Assembly: GCA_000934665.2 (NCBI GenBank)
Contig: KZ538002.1
Coordinates: 310,001 to 368,385, forward strand
Source: Catajapyx aquilonaris
Lineage: Eukaryota
Reading direction: 5' to 3'
Length of the DNA: 58,385 nucleotides
Shown here piece after piece: positions 27,001 through 40,249 of this stretch. Under the pieces are notes generated by a model. The model was not told the origin of the DNA, did not search any database, and was given only the letters and a program-made list of their open reading frames with translations. Every line of letters begins with the position of its first letter. Position 1 is the first letter of the stretch. The position numbers and the translations under genes are program-made.

Positions 27001-27632
27001 AGGGCAAAGTGGGGAAGGATTTGCCCCGGATTAGTTGGCACAAGGACCACGGACTGGGCCGGAATCATGGCGCTAAGCCACATCTCTCTTAGGCCGGCTT
27101 AGCCAGCTTCATGTCCACCGCAGGGCCCCAAGTATGAGTGTGTGAAACTAGAGGCCAGCTACTTCACCAAAATCCCCCCACCCACCCACCCCTCCTTTCT
27201 ACCCACCCACCCACCACGCCCTCACTCTCCAGTACAGCTCTTTGCCCGCATGCATGTATATTGATCTTCTTCAAAAGTTTGGCTCGAAGGATAGCCTCTT
27301 GCCTAAAGATGGCCGCCTTCTCAGGGACTTAGCCCAACGGGCCCTTATGGCAAGCACCCATACTTACACCAGTAGTCCCTGATTTTTGACACTGTCAGGT
27401 ACTACCCACGATGAGGGATCACTCCGACCTAAAAATTGCCCCCTCAAGATGGCCACCTTCTCATCCAGGACTTACGAGTTAGCGCGCGCGTACTTGGGTA
27501 TGCTGGTCCTCAGGTATGTACTTGGCGCGTTGAGGATCATGGTGGGTACATACCATCAAAATTTGCGACCTGGAACATGGTCCACTAAATCCCCATTGCT
27601 GACCATGACAATGAATAGGCCTCCCTCCAGTA

Positions 27633-27638
<6 letters not shown>

Positions 27639-27698
<60 letters not shown>
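27639..27698. repeat. (AG)30 microsatellite
   Basis: Perfect dinucleotide run. Confidence 0.99.
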
Positions 27699-27704
<6 letters not shown>

Positions 27705-30700
27705 TTCCGATTTGATCTCCGTAATCCGTGCCTGGGCAGAAGGAGCAAAAATCGTATATCAGAGAGTTGATCCACTTTGGCAAGTGGATATTCCCTTCCT
27801 TAATACATGACGGGGCCCTCTGGAAATCCCTTCCGTCCAAACTCTCCTGATGAGCACGAGTGGGAAATTAGGCTGGAGAGACAGACAACACCTCTTACAT
27901 AGAAACATTATGCGGAAATGATCCTATCGTGACGGATTAAGTCTTTTCCCTTGCCAGGAATCTGTAAAAGTGGTTTTTGCTCCGGGAGCTTGAAACCCCC
28001 TCCCTATCCTCCTCCGCCTCCTCCATTCTGCTGCTCCTCCTGCTCTCTCCCCTTCCACCTTTCCCCCTTTTCCCAGCATGCTCTGCGCGCTTATCAGTTA
28101 TCGCGTAGCGTACAGCTCAGGTAGTCAAGAACCCCTGGCAAGGTTAGGCTGGTGGAAGTAACAGGTTCGATTGCGAGTAGGGCTTGAGGCCACACAACAT
28201 CAAATTAAATCGTAATGCTCTTAACCATTATTAGTCATCCTCTCCAATATATCTTCAGCATCTGATGCCCAAGGAAACAAATTAGCCAAGTGTAGTGCAG
28301 AATTAATTCCTGAAGTTTCCCCAAACTGCGTTATGATGCATGTTTATAATTAAACGAGTGTTTTGGAAGGGTGAAACAAATGGAAGGAGGTGAGATTCTG
28401 GCGGCGTTGGGGATCCTTCACCCACCCAAGTACTACCTCTCCTATCCTAGCTGCATGCAACTCGCGTCTTATCCTATATACAATATATACCATTACATCT
28501 TGCTGCAGGACACTGGAAATTATTTTATATACAAAATGAATTATTCGGAGCCGTATGACGCACTTGCACACTGAGCTGTTATTTACACTTATATGTTTTC
28601 TCCACCGCTGCTATACCCATAATGGTTTTCGGTCACGTAACCTCCCCACCTCCCTCCTCCCTCACAACAAAAACTGAAATTTTAAAAATATTCCTGGCCA
28701 ACCCCTCGGCACCAGCTCTCTCCCTCCCGCCCCCCACCACCCCCGCCCAAACTCCGGCAGCAAATATAAACACAACGTAGCGTCATTATGCAGGAAACAC
28801 CACAAACAGCTGTTCCGGGTCTGTGTAGAACAGCGTGCAAACAGTTGATATGTATCACTGCTCATTGGAGGGGGAGACTATATACAGCGATCAGGAACCC
28901 GGCCAGAGAAAGCCAAGAGAGTTATGTTGTAGACAATCAGGATAGCTCAACAAAAAATGGCGCTTGGGACGCAAATTACACGCCGACATACACACTAGCT
29001 TGGATAACCAGAGTGGTGCAAAAAAAAGTGACATACGAGACCCAAATGTCTAGCTGGCACCATTTGACGCCAAACACAAGTTCTCTTCTACACACACACC
29101 CCAACCCTAAGCGTAGTTCTCTACGTATCAAACACCCTGGGGTTGTGTAATTACAGAGCTGTGAATATATAGGGGAGAATTTCAGCAGTTTCTGGAAATC
29201 AAGCGTCGAATAATGCGGGGAAAAGCATAGCTTTTCAACTCGACCATAATAGTTGGGGGAGTAAAGTTGTGCAAAAATTTGCACTGTTTTCTGGCGCAAC
29301 GTGTAATTTGAGGACAAATGGCATGCTTGTTGAGTGAGAGAGATTTATGTTATGCTTTATCGCTGGTCCGATGAATAATGAGTTACCGGTTCTAATACCT
29401 ATTATCATATTATACTATAGTGAATACCGGCAAAATGGTGCAAGTAATTATTAGCATTTGAGATATGTTGTCACTATAATGGCAGCTATTTAATTACAAA
29501 ACAGTCAGCTACTTTCTGTACTTTATTTTCGCAGATTATCATACCCGAGTTTCGATCAATTTTACTATTAACACTGTAATTATGTAATTTACGTACATAT
29601 ACGACTATGTGATTAAAACGCCATAGTCGTAATTTTTTATGTCCGCCAATTATCTTACACATCCCATTTTTATAATATTGTTAACACTGCGAAATGTTTA
29701 GTGTAATATATCCTCGTAAGAACGTAAGTCCGAAAAACCAGTTCCGAAATAATCCGAAGCAAAGATTTGACCTTGCACTTGTTCCATGCTAGTGATGACA
29801 GAAATCCTGGCTTGCGGGCTCCGTACGAATTTTTATGTCAAAATGGCGATAGAGCATAAAAATGCTACATATTGGTGTAAATAAAACTCGCATGTCGACG
29901 ATATTTGGTATCAGTCACGATTTAAAAATATTACGTAAAATCCGGAAGAATGCAAACATATTACTAAATTTTTTTAAAAAAACCTGAGTGACCGTTAGAA
30001 TAAGCAATTGATCGCAATTCCACCTATAATATCTATCATTACGTACATTCATCCCACATTGACGACCAGACTGACCACTCAGTACCGGTCCCATCGGCTG
30101 TCACTTATTTGAGACAGGTCTGACCGCACGCAATATGAAAATGGTGTGTAATATTTGCCATTAAAGACGGCACCCAACAAAAATTTGACACACTAATTTT
30201 CCAAAAAAAAACACATACATTTTCTTTTCTCCTCGAAGGTTGGCAGCCTTCTGCAGATAAAGCAAGGCCGCCGCTTACCCGGCGGCTTTCCCTCATTTAA
30301 ACTTACTTATCTCGGCTTGCTCCTGCAGCATCCCATTCACCCCCCTCCCCCTCCCCGTCACATCCCCCACCCAGCCCTTTCCCCCGCTCGGTACACGGAA
30401 ATGAAATGAACAAATAATCGCAGACAGTTAATTATCATCGGTGCCACTATGCAAATAATTACAACTCCTAATGAACTGCTGTCTACTGTAATTCTCCCCC
30501 TTGTGGGAAATATCCCCATTAATTTACGGCCCGCGCCATCCCAGTTGATATTTGGGACAGATATTAATAATATTTGCTCATTAAAATGTGCATTCTCGGT
30601 GGTTGTCGCAATAATAGTGTTTATGTTCTTTCGCGGGTTCTGAGCCCCGGCGCGCTTTTCATTAGAGTCCTCTGGCGGGGGTGGGGGTGGCAGCAGCATG

Positions 30701-31095
30701 GGGTGGGTAGAGAGAGACTATAGGCCATATGCCTGCTGGCTCCGGCGGATATATAGGCTTGGCTCGGGGATCTGCTGCGAAACAAATGTAGATTATGCAA
30801 CCCGATAAACAAGGTTCTAACCGCGTTGCGTTGTAGTCCATGTTCATTTATGAAGGAGACAATGGGAATCAACATGCAAATTAACAGTGTGCATATACGA
30901 CTGGGTGAATGGGTGAGGATACCCCGTCGGATGGATGATGATGCGGCTATAGGATTCCTGTCCGGCGATTATATAGTCGCCGGCAGGGGATGTTATAGAC
31001 CCCCACGGTCTCCGGTGCCAATGTCTGCGACGGTGCCTCAAAGGCGGGATTAATCCAGCGACACGATTATGCCCGTTTCTTGCCTTATATTGCTT

Positions 31096-31592
31096 AACTC
31101 ACTTCTACACCCTGTGACTCATATTTATCCAGTTTCCACAAAACTTGTCTTTAAAAAATTTCGTAATCGAATCGGCCATATATGGCAAATTCGCACGTTC
31201 TTACCAGGTGTGATAAGTTGGATATTTGTCTGTTTTCCGATTCGATTACGAATTTTTTAAAGACAGGTTTTGCGGAAACTGGATAAATATGACATAAGTG
31301 TCTTATTGCTCCTTACTCATTTGTACACCCTGTGCCTCACATTTAACAAGTTTTCACTGAACTTGTTTAAAAAAAAAACTGCGATCGAATCTGAAAACGG
31401 ACAATATCAAACTTGTCACCCAAACTAAGAACGTGCGAATTTGCCAAAAGTCAACTCATTTGTACACAGTGCCTGATGTTTAACCAGCTTTCACAAAACT
31501 TGCTTTTGCAATATTCATAATCGATTCGGAATACAGACAAATATCGAACTTGTGACACCTACTAAGAACGTGCGAATTTGCTATAAGTGGCG
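31096..31592. repeat. complex repeat: four copies of a unit of about 135-140 bp in mixed orientation, including a 57/56-bp inverted repeat
   Basis: 31119-31175 is the reverse complement of 31237-31292 (2 mismatches, 1 indel). The reverse complement of 31172-31292 aligns with more diverged + copies at about 31315-31450 and 31452-31592 (shared taagaacgtgcgaatttgc; actcatttgtacac heads both + copies). Confidence 0.88.
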
Positions 31593-33499
31593 ACAAGTTA
31601 TCTGCTAAGCCAGTCGGCAAGTGATATTCCAAGATGCTTACTCGGCATCTATGCAATGTCCAGCCCGCAAGTCAACAGTGGAGCATGAGGGTGGGGTGAG
31701 GGGGATGAGATGGAAAAGAGGGCCTTATCTCCATGGCAGGGTCCGCATTCGAGGGTCGGGTGGTAGGGTGGGGAGTGTGGGACCGGGGTGTCAATCCGGG
31801 CAGGGGCGTAGGCGTGGAGATGTCCCCTCGGCCGTGCTTGGGCCTCCTCCGCAAACTGATGGCCGGCGACGATAGCGGCATCCAAAGCGCCCCGTGTCAT
31901 TCGGGGGCACGCAAAAGCATGACACCCGCGCTAAATCAGACCTCACTGCCAACTCCAGCCAGCAGTGGAGCCAACGACGCAGGGGCCCACCAGGAAAAAA
32001 AAAAATTACACTTACTAATTACTAATCTCCAACCCTGATGATGCCCCGACTTGCCTTAGGAAAAGCTGCAGATATTGCGCAAATATCCACGTAGTACATC
32101 TTTTAAAGAAGCCCTACACCATTATAATTTTGTAAATTGCGCTATGTGAAATTAGAACAAAATAGCACCCTTCGCACCGAAACAATTATGTGAAATACAG
32201 CGCGCATTACCGCCACTTGACCGGCCAGTACTTTAAAACCGGATTCCAACCAGATGTTCATCAGTCGGTGCATCAGGGAGTGGATCAATCTCTACTTTTT
32301 GAATGGCAGAATATAATGGCGCGCATTTTAAATAGTCTTGCTTCCCGTCTGTTTGCATTTGTTTTTGTGTTGTTTAGTAGCAGTGGAATAATTATGCTCA
32401 ATTCCACATAATAGCATTGCAGTGCGGTTCCATTGTGAGTCTAATCAGTCACTGATGTATTCTGCTGTCACCAGCAACTTTGCGGGGGGGTATGGGGCTG
32501 GGGATGGGGGATGGCGGGGGAAGTCTCGCCAAAAAGTATGATTACCAATCGTGGGTCCCTGCTGGCTACGTCATTCATTTTTTTGGGTCCCCAAAACCCA
32601 CCCCCTCCATGAGGGTGGGAGCACAAAAACAAGAGCCTGCCTCGATATAGTTAGATTATTCGCAGGTTGATGGCAATTCCACACATGAATTGCGCACTCT
32701 AATTGTTCCCCCATTTTTGTACCGCTCCCCACGTGCGATTCTAACCCTCCACCCCACCCTCCACTTCCGTCCCCCACCTCTTTCCTCCCCATCATGAAAC
32801 GGGGTTGATTAATCCTGATCGAATCCGCACCGTGTCAAATGATGCGGAAAATATTGTTGCAGTCAGTTTCGGGATTGGGCAAAGTGCATTTCGGTCATTT
32901 TTGGCCAGGACTCGGAAACGTGACGAGGATTGCGTGCCAAAAAAAAATTGCCTAGAGGACAAAAAAAAAAAAAAAAACAGGCCCAAATCCAACATCAAAT
33001 GTACAATTCGTTTTCCACGCACATGTTGAGCTCGGGGATTTTATGGTTCTGAACTGGTAAATGACGAGCCGATGGAATAGTACGACCAGTAGTTAGCCTA
33101 CGATACTTGGGTCCCAAAAAAAGCCTCCTCCCCCACCAGTAATAGATTCCGAGGTTTTACAACTGGGCGTCGCAGTCCATGTAATTCGCCGCTGATAATC
33201 ATCAAATCAAGCTATCCCAGTGAATGCATTGATTTAATATTGCCTGATGGTCGGTCGATCCTCCGGGTTATGTTGTGGAGACTCGTCACTAATCTGATTT
33301 TTGCTGATTTTCGGACTCGGCCCGGTGCTAATGATGCAGCAGGAGAGGGAGGTTGTGGCCCAACCAGGGAGACTAAAGCACGGGAAAACAGTTAGCGGGA
33401 TCTATTTGCGGACAGACCACGTTCGACTTCTCTTTTATGTTGTTGTTTACAGGAGCGTTAATCGATACACGGGGGAATTCCTTTGGAAAAAAATATTGC

Positions 33500-33674
33500 G
33501 GACACGCTGTGAGACTCAGGGATCGAACAATTGAGGGCGCTGTAAGATTTGGGGAGTGAACAAGAGAGGGCGCTGTAAGATTCGGGGAGTGAACTAGAGA
33601 GGGCGCTGTAAGATTCGGGGAGTGAACTAGAGAGGGCGCTGTAAGATTCGGGGAGTGAATAAGAGGGGGCGCTG
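33500..33674. repeat. 33-bp minisatellite (gagggcgctgtaagattcggggagtgaactaga), 4 good copies plus degenerate flanking copies
   Basis: Units start at 33533, 33566, 33599 and 33632, with a partial copy at 33665 and a degenerate copy at about 33500. Confidence 0.97.
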
Positions 33675-36600
33675 GCTTCCCGGGCAAAATAAAGATGAAA
33701 GTTTGTGCTAGAAACAGAATCCTTCGTCTGGAGCACTGGAGAGGAAGCAAATAAGCAAAGTTGATCAAGGGACCCTGCGAGAGGGGCCTTGGTATTTGGT
33801 TAAATCCAGCGCAAGGCGACCGCAGTTATCTCTCCCTCCCCTTCCTCCCAGCCTCTCCCCACCTCCTCCCATGCCAGTTGATTAAGGCGCAGAGGCGAGG
33901 CTATAAAATGGGTGGAAGTCCCAAGTATGAGGCCTGTGGAAGAAGCTTAATCTTGGGGGCCATGCGGATGACAAGGCGAGACCATAAACAGGATGAAATT
34001 AGAGCCATTTTCCCCCTCCCGTTGTTTTCCCGCTACGGATGTTGCTCTCCGTAACCTTAGGTAAAATCACTTGGCGTTTTCGGGCTCCTATGATGGGGAA
34101 GGAAGACCCAGGATGAAGTGAGCCTGGGAATGTCCTCAATTGATCCTAACCCACCCTCCCCGAAAAATTTGATCGTCAGATCCGTTTCTTTGCCACCTTC
34201 CCTCCCTCCCTCCCTCCCTCTCCCCACCACTTCTCCCCCCTCTAGCCCCCTATCATTTTTAACGGCCCACCCGTAAATGTTCCATTCGGGGCAATCTCAT
34301 CTAGCGCTGGAGAGGTTTTGACGTTCCAGTTCCAAGTCACTTGCCAGATATAAATGTCACCGGCAATTTATGAAATTGGCGCCAAACCTGACTTCCCTAT
34401 TACAGGTACTGGAAACGATATAATATCAGATGATATTCCTCTCGAAGGGGGGAAGAGGGGGATGGGGGAGGCCACCGAGGTATTCCTGAGGGCCATGACG
34501 TGTGATGATAGAACTTTTACGATCGTTAGGAGTGATTACTTGCGGCCTGGGCTTTTGGTGCATGCTGGGGTGGGATGGAATCAGAGAAGGGAAGATACTT
34601 GGGGGAGTTACACAGTAGCCAGTAGTTTCCCTCAAAATGAGCTACTGGAAGCAGTGGGACAAACCCTAAACTAGGACAGCCCTTTTTGTGATGTAAAGTT
34701 TCATTTGTATGGTACGGGTACTCGTACAAACTGCAATTTCCATGTTCCACCAAAGTTGAAATTGCGTATAGGAATCGAGCATAATATATGTGAAACTAAA
34801 TTGTAAGGCCTTTTAGCAAGGCCATATTTAGCATAACTTGATTACATCCATGATGTATCGACTGCAACAGCATGTTTATAATTACATAATTTTGCTATCT
34901 AATGGTCGTATTGCACTTTCAATCAGGTGGGAAAAACAATAGGTCGCATGTTGTAGTTGTCATCATAAATCCGCGATTTATTATATACTATATACATATC
35001 GCTTTCTGGTAATAGTGCTAGGTATAATTACCAACCAATCCTATTTCCTCGCCCTGTATAGAGGCTGCGGCCACATGTTGACCCAATCTCTTGGCGCAGC
35101 GATTACCCCCTTTTCATTGTCAGTTTAAGTTGGGAATTACACGACCTCCTTCGAGGCAGACATAAACAAACGCATTATTACCAATGAAACGCCATCTAAA
35201 AGGTGATTTAGTTCCTAATGTTGGACACAAGTTGTGTGGCGGTCGAAATGAATCCTTTTATTTCCCCCGTTAATGACTTACCAGGTGGCAGCCAGTGACC
35301 ACATTCCTTCTCCGAGAATGCAGTGCCAACATGGGATCGACAGCAAACTTCCATTACTATTACTGCGACAATTTCTACACAGGATGTCCTGAAAATCAGG
35401 CATTTTTTTCACTGCCTATACAGGTCGTACATACTGTACCGATAGTGGCCATAATAATTGTCCTCTCGTCTTGATGGACACCCAGTATGTATGAAAGTGC
35501 TTCCCAAGCCCGGATCGCATTTTGCGAGGCGTCGGCCAGAGTTTGTCTCTTTGATGACTTGTGCATATACCGTGTCAATAGGTGGCGCGGGGGCTGGTGG
35601 CGTGTTATGTATGGAGAGTGTCGGTGACAATAGACGCCACGGTAATGAAAGAGTACACGGTTTCCGAAAGCTGTGAGTTATTCAACAGTTTGTTTCCCCC
35701 ATTAAAAGCTCCCAGGTGCATGTTTGAGAGCTTCCATCTGGGCGTCATCGATAATGGACCAAGCATAAAATGCACAAATATCGCTGGCCGGATATAAAAT
35801 TTGCAACGCCACAAAAAGGGGGTGGTGAGAGGGGGAAATTTCCTCAGCTTTTGTACTGGCCTGTACACCTTGTACACACCTGAATGCGTGTACACCTGCA
35901 ATATTTCAGATGCACCCTATACAATCATTCCCCCCCTTATCCCCCCCATCTCCAATCTTATTCGGGAAGTCCGCCGATTTGACTTTCCATTTACGAAACT
36001 TAATCATCTCGCTGATTATTTCATTACTGGTCGATCAGGGAAGTGTAGCCCGGAGCATCCAAGTAAAAGACAATCCGTATCTTCCGCCCGGATTCATTTT
36101 CATATTTTCAGGCAGCCTTCGCATATATTTTTGGAAATCCATGACACTCCCAAAAAATGCTAGGCGGTAGAGCTCCCCATCATTTGATGCGCTACCCAAC
36201 CCCCCTGAATCCCATTAATGACATGCGGCTTCCTCACCTATAAACAAGGCCGGGGCCACCCCCTTTCGCATCATGCAAAATCAAGCCACCAACTGCTACC
36301 CATTACATCGGGCCCCTAATTCACATACTCGATGCACCATTAGAAGATTTTTTGCACGTGTCGTTCCCACCCACACTGTATATGGACGCTTTCTGCCTAC
36401 TAACCACCCCTCCCCATATTCAGAGAGCAAGAAGCAAGATCTGGCAACCTCGCTTTTCCCCTATAACGTCATTCTCCCCTCTTCTAAAAAGGCCACATCA
36501 CATAAGAAGGGAATTTTCCGCCTTCCAACTCCTTTTTTCTCGGGCTTGGGGGGGTCCCAAAGTATGCCCGGGAGCGAATTCATTGCTGGAAATCTTATCA

Positions 36601-39600
36601 TAAAAATGCATAGTGCAGTCGTGTCAGAGGCGCGCGCACATTCGAAGCCAATCCTTTTCCGTATAATTTGGGTTAGAAGCCATGAAATTCGCCCATTGGA
36701 GCGAGAAATCGAAGGGCGTTCGTCGGGGAATCATATTTGAAACCGGAGCCAGTTGCAAACTTGGGAGGGACCCAGGTTCAGATAGGGAGACGGAAAAAAT
36801 ACACATCAGAAAGAAGCTGGGGGAGAAAATGTGACTTCGATCAGGTAGTCGGCTTTACGGGGGAAAAAATCAGGAAGCTCCACATGTGAGAATGTGAGCG
36901 CCATGTTTGATCCAAGGCGCATCCAAATTGCGCATTCAATGTTGCCGTCTCTGCTCCGGTGGAAAATCGGTTACGAGTTGATACCGGTATGTAATCTTGA
37001 AAGAAGCCCCAGGCCTGGCCATAGCTGTAGGCCACCCCTCGGTGTTTTTAATTTTGGTCCGGATAGACCCCACAAAACCCAGCGCTAACCAACATGAGGT
37101 AGGAGAAGGGCCCGTTGCGTACATAGTTTCGTTTTCAGTCAAATTGATTGTTTTAAGTTGCCAAAAGGGTGGGAGGGGTGGGGTGGTTCCGGCATTATTC
37201 GGTAGTCATTGGCTGTCGATTCCGGAGCCCCAGATTTCATTCCGAGAACAAGCCTCAGGGCTAAAGTCCGGGAAAACCAACCCCATGTTTTCAATCCATA
37301 ATTGCTACTCCAGAAGCCAACACAAAAATATAGGCCTATTGGGTGATGCACAAGGAACAAAAACCCCAGCTGTTGGCCACCAAAAAATTCTCTACCTATC
37401 TATGTATACACCCGCCTTGTCAAGTCCCTGTTCGCACCTCCCTCCCTTTGTTTCTGTCTGTCTACATGCGGTTGTTGGCTGCACTCTGTCACAAAAATGG
37501 AGGCTCACCTGACAGCTCGGGAGATACCTTTTCTCTATACTATACAGAGGAAGGCCAGGTTCAGAAAGGTAAAAAAAAACATAGTCTGATTACTCTCGCT
37601 TTTCTAATGTGACTCGTAAACTTGGTGTAGGAGAATCGGTGATGAGTTGCCCAACAGCATTGAAATTACTGTTTTAAAAAAAAAATCTAAGAAGTGGGCG
37701 GAGGACTTCAACCTGTGAAGGGCCGACCTCCTCCTCTAGCCCATCTTGGTGGGAACCTGTCCTGTGCAAAGTAATGACGACGAAGGCGGATTGGGCCAGC
37801 AATTAAAGAAACGGACTTGCTTAGAAAAATATTTGAAACGAGGAGGGGAAGGCACGGAAAATGAATTATATGTCAGTGAGCAAGGAGGGTAGAAGAAGTC
37901 AAAATTGCGGATTGCTTTTCCCACACTTTTCAACCCCGAAGCTGGTTAAATTATTCATCGGCGGCCGATTCCTTTACATTTCCCCCTTTTGTCTGGACCC
38001 AACCCCTTCCGATTTTGTAATTAGTCGGCAAGGCGCAAATTAAACCTCCGGGCCACAAATCCCGACCAAAGAAATAATTAATTACGGACTATCTTCACAG
38101 TCACATTGCTTGTAATTCTGCTGGAATATACGCCTCTTTCCCCCCCCCCCCTTTTCCATCGCCCCAGAAAACAAAATGCAGACGCCAAAGAAGAATACAT
38201 AAAGCGGGTTGTGTTTGCATTGCCCAAATCAACGCGGGACCCCTTTTCTTTACACAAACAAGCGCACCAATAACACGCTTCCAGCCCAAGGAGACCATTT
38301 TGCACTTTAATTGCGTTTTCACTCCCGGATAGGGGGGCCTCCAAAATGTAGGGAGGTTCAAAAAAAATTAATCATACATGTGTTTTGTATTAAAACCAGG
38401 CGTAAAAGCAGGGGCCAAAGTGACGAGCACCCCCCCCTCCCCACCCCAAAGTCTGGATGCACCCAACCCCCTCTGTAGGCAACAAAAAAAGGTAGAGGTG
38501 AAATTCCCGGAGATGGTCACTAATGAAGTCCACGCATGATATAATGCAATATCAGGTTACAATGCACACATGCCTAACGCTGATTATTCATAACCTTTAT
38601 AGTCTTAATTGCCAGATCCCAAACTTCATATGATTAAAAATGTTCCATTAAATGAAACTAATTTGGTTGCCTTTAACGGTATTGTGTGTTATTTCAACGC
38701 CCGCCCCCTCCCCTCCCTGCCGTATTACTGTCTATGATTAACACAATTGTGGTAAGTTAAACGATCGTGACGGTGCTAATTCTGCGCCGTCAAGGGTTAT
38801 CGCTGCCCCGGATTCCCTTCAATGGTACTAAAGCAACACCTCGGGCTCGGATTTTTTTTTAATGGAGAGCTGTGGAATGATGGGGATGTGTGTGTGTGCA
38901 GCATTTGGATTTGCGAATTTTTCGGGCCCAAAATTAATCTGGCAGAGGGAGCAGAGGTATTATGACTGTGGATCCTATTACTTTGCTGCAGTAATATTGC
39001 TTGGTTTTTTTTGCTCGTGAACGTCACGCATTTCATTGTTTCGCCTGAATCCGGTCCCAACAGGGTGAAGCAAAATAGGAGCCGACACCTGTGTAATAAT
39101 TACTATGTATGGGCTACCTTGTGTTGGTGTATGTAATCCCCTAGCCTATGTCATAGATCAATAGTAGCCATAATAGTGACAAACTGACAGACGCAGCATT
39201 ACGCGTATTTAGCCTACCGCTTTAAATTAATACTGGTAATGCGCCAATTCAAAATTTATTACAACAATTTGGAACGCACAAATTTATTTACCAATGTTTA
39301 CTGCCCGCTTAAGCGGATGCAAATTGTTGTGTAATTAAATTGTCCGGAGTTTGTGCGCGTTGCCAGGACATCTTGCACGAGTTGGCCAGACGAATCAGAT
39401 CGATAATCGAAGGATTTACAATGGAAAATTGACCCCTCCCCCCTTCCCCCCACCCCCCACTCCATCACCTTGGTGCCAATGCAAACGAAGCCCTTCTCCT
39501 CCTCCTCCCTCCCCACCCTNTCTCCCCCCCCCCCCAAATTCGAATCCAAACTCTATTTCCCGGCCAATTCTGTTCAAAGGGAATTGCATCAACATTTTCA

Positions 39601-40249
39601 ATTTTAATATGGAAGCAGCCAGACAAACGATGGTTGCATATTCTGTGCCTGGAAGGGGACTCCAGGAAAAAGAAGATAAAAAAATAGGGAGATAGAGAGT
39701 AGAGGAGAGACCTTATTAAATTTTATTGAACAGCGCTTTGAAATGGCGCTTTCATGATCTCGCAAGACGTGAAATCCAATTTTGTTTCAACTTGATATAA
39801 TTGCTATCCCCGAGAAAGCAAAGGAATATTAGAAAACACATAAAGTCATTCCGGGTAGTGGGAAAGAGTGGTGGGGGAGGGAGGAATGGTAAGGGGAGGT
39901 GGTACTGAAACATCACAAGCGGAAAAAGTTTAATCCTAATATTGCTCCGACAGTAAGCGGAGCATGAAATTGAATAAACCCGAAAGTAAGGAGAGATTAT
40001 AGTCATTGGAAAATGTATTTAACGCCTGGCACCATCTTTGAGAAGCACGATTTTGGAGCTGGAAACTGATTTGAGGCACCCCTCCTGAAAAGACATGGCG
40101 GTTCAGGCTCTTAACATTTAGATTAATATTTGGAAGAGGGGAAATGTACAAGTGCCTGGGGTGTCCCATTTGAGTTAAATGGTTTCAAGGGGGGAACCCT
40201 AATGACAGACGCTCTTTAATTTTTGCCTTCCATTTTCTTTTATTTGTAG

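Larger units (their letters stand above)
24096..40249 (+). other. dac: dac intron B-C (16,154 nt, GT-AG)
   Basis: gtgagt at 24096 and ttgtag ending at 40249; frame preserved. Confidence 0.87.

Noticed and set aside
27499..27520. Possible recursive-splicing point cag|gtatgt (also ttag|gtaaaa near 34060)
   Set aside because: Weak pyrimidine tract at the first site and a weak regenerated donor at the second; not distinguishable from chance without nascent-RNA data.
27386..27840. ORFs with RERERE or SLSLSL runs (also 21262-21576)
   Set aside because: Translations of the (AG)/(CT) microsatellites.
28077..28175. Long pyrimidine tract plus cccag acceptor, and a faint tRNA-like motif (cagctcag...ggttcgatt)
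   Set aside because: Nearby donors give a frameshift or an in-frame TAG; the Pol III boxes are too degenerate and there is no cloverleaf.
33373..33768. 131-aa ORF with APSLVHSPNLT repeats; also a superficially CRISPR-like array
   Set aside because: It is the translation of the 33-bp minisatellite. Units are contiguous with no unique spacers, there are no cas genes, and the context is a eukaryotic intron.
36997..37512. Longest ORFs in the track (171 aa here; also 52110-52592, 36273-36740, 49002-49463)
   Set aside because: No recognisable domain or coding-like composition; lengths are compatible with chance in 58 kb of non-coding DNA.
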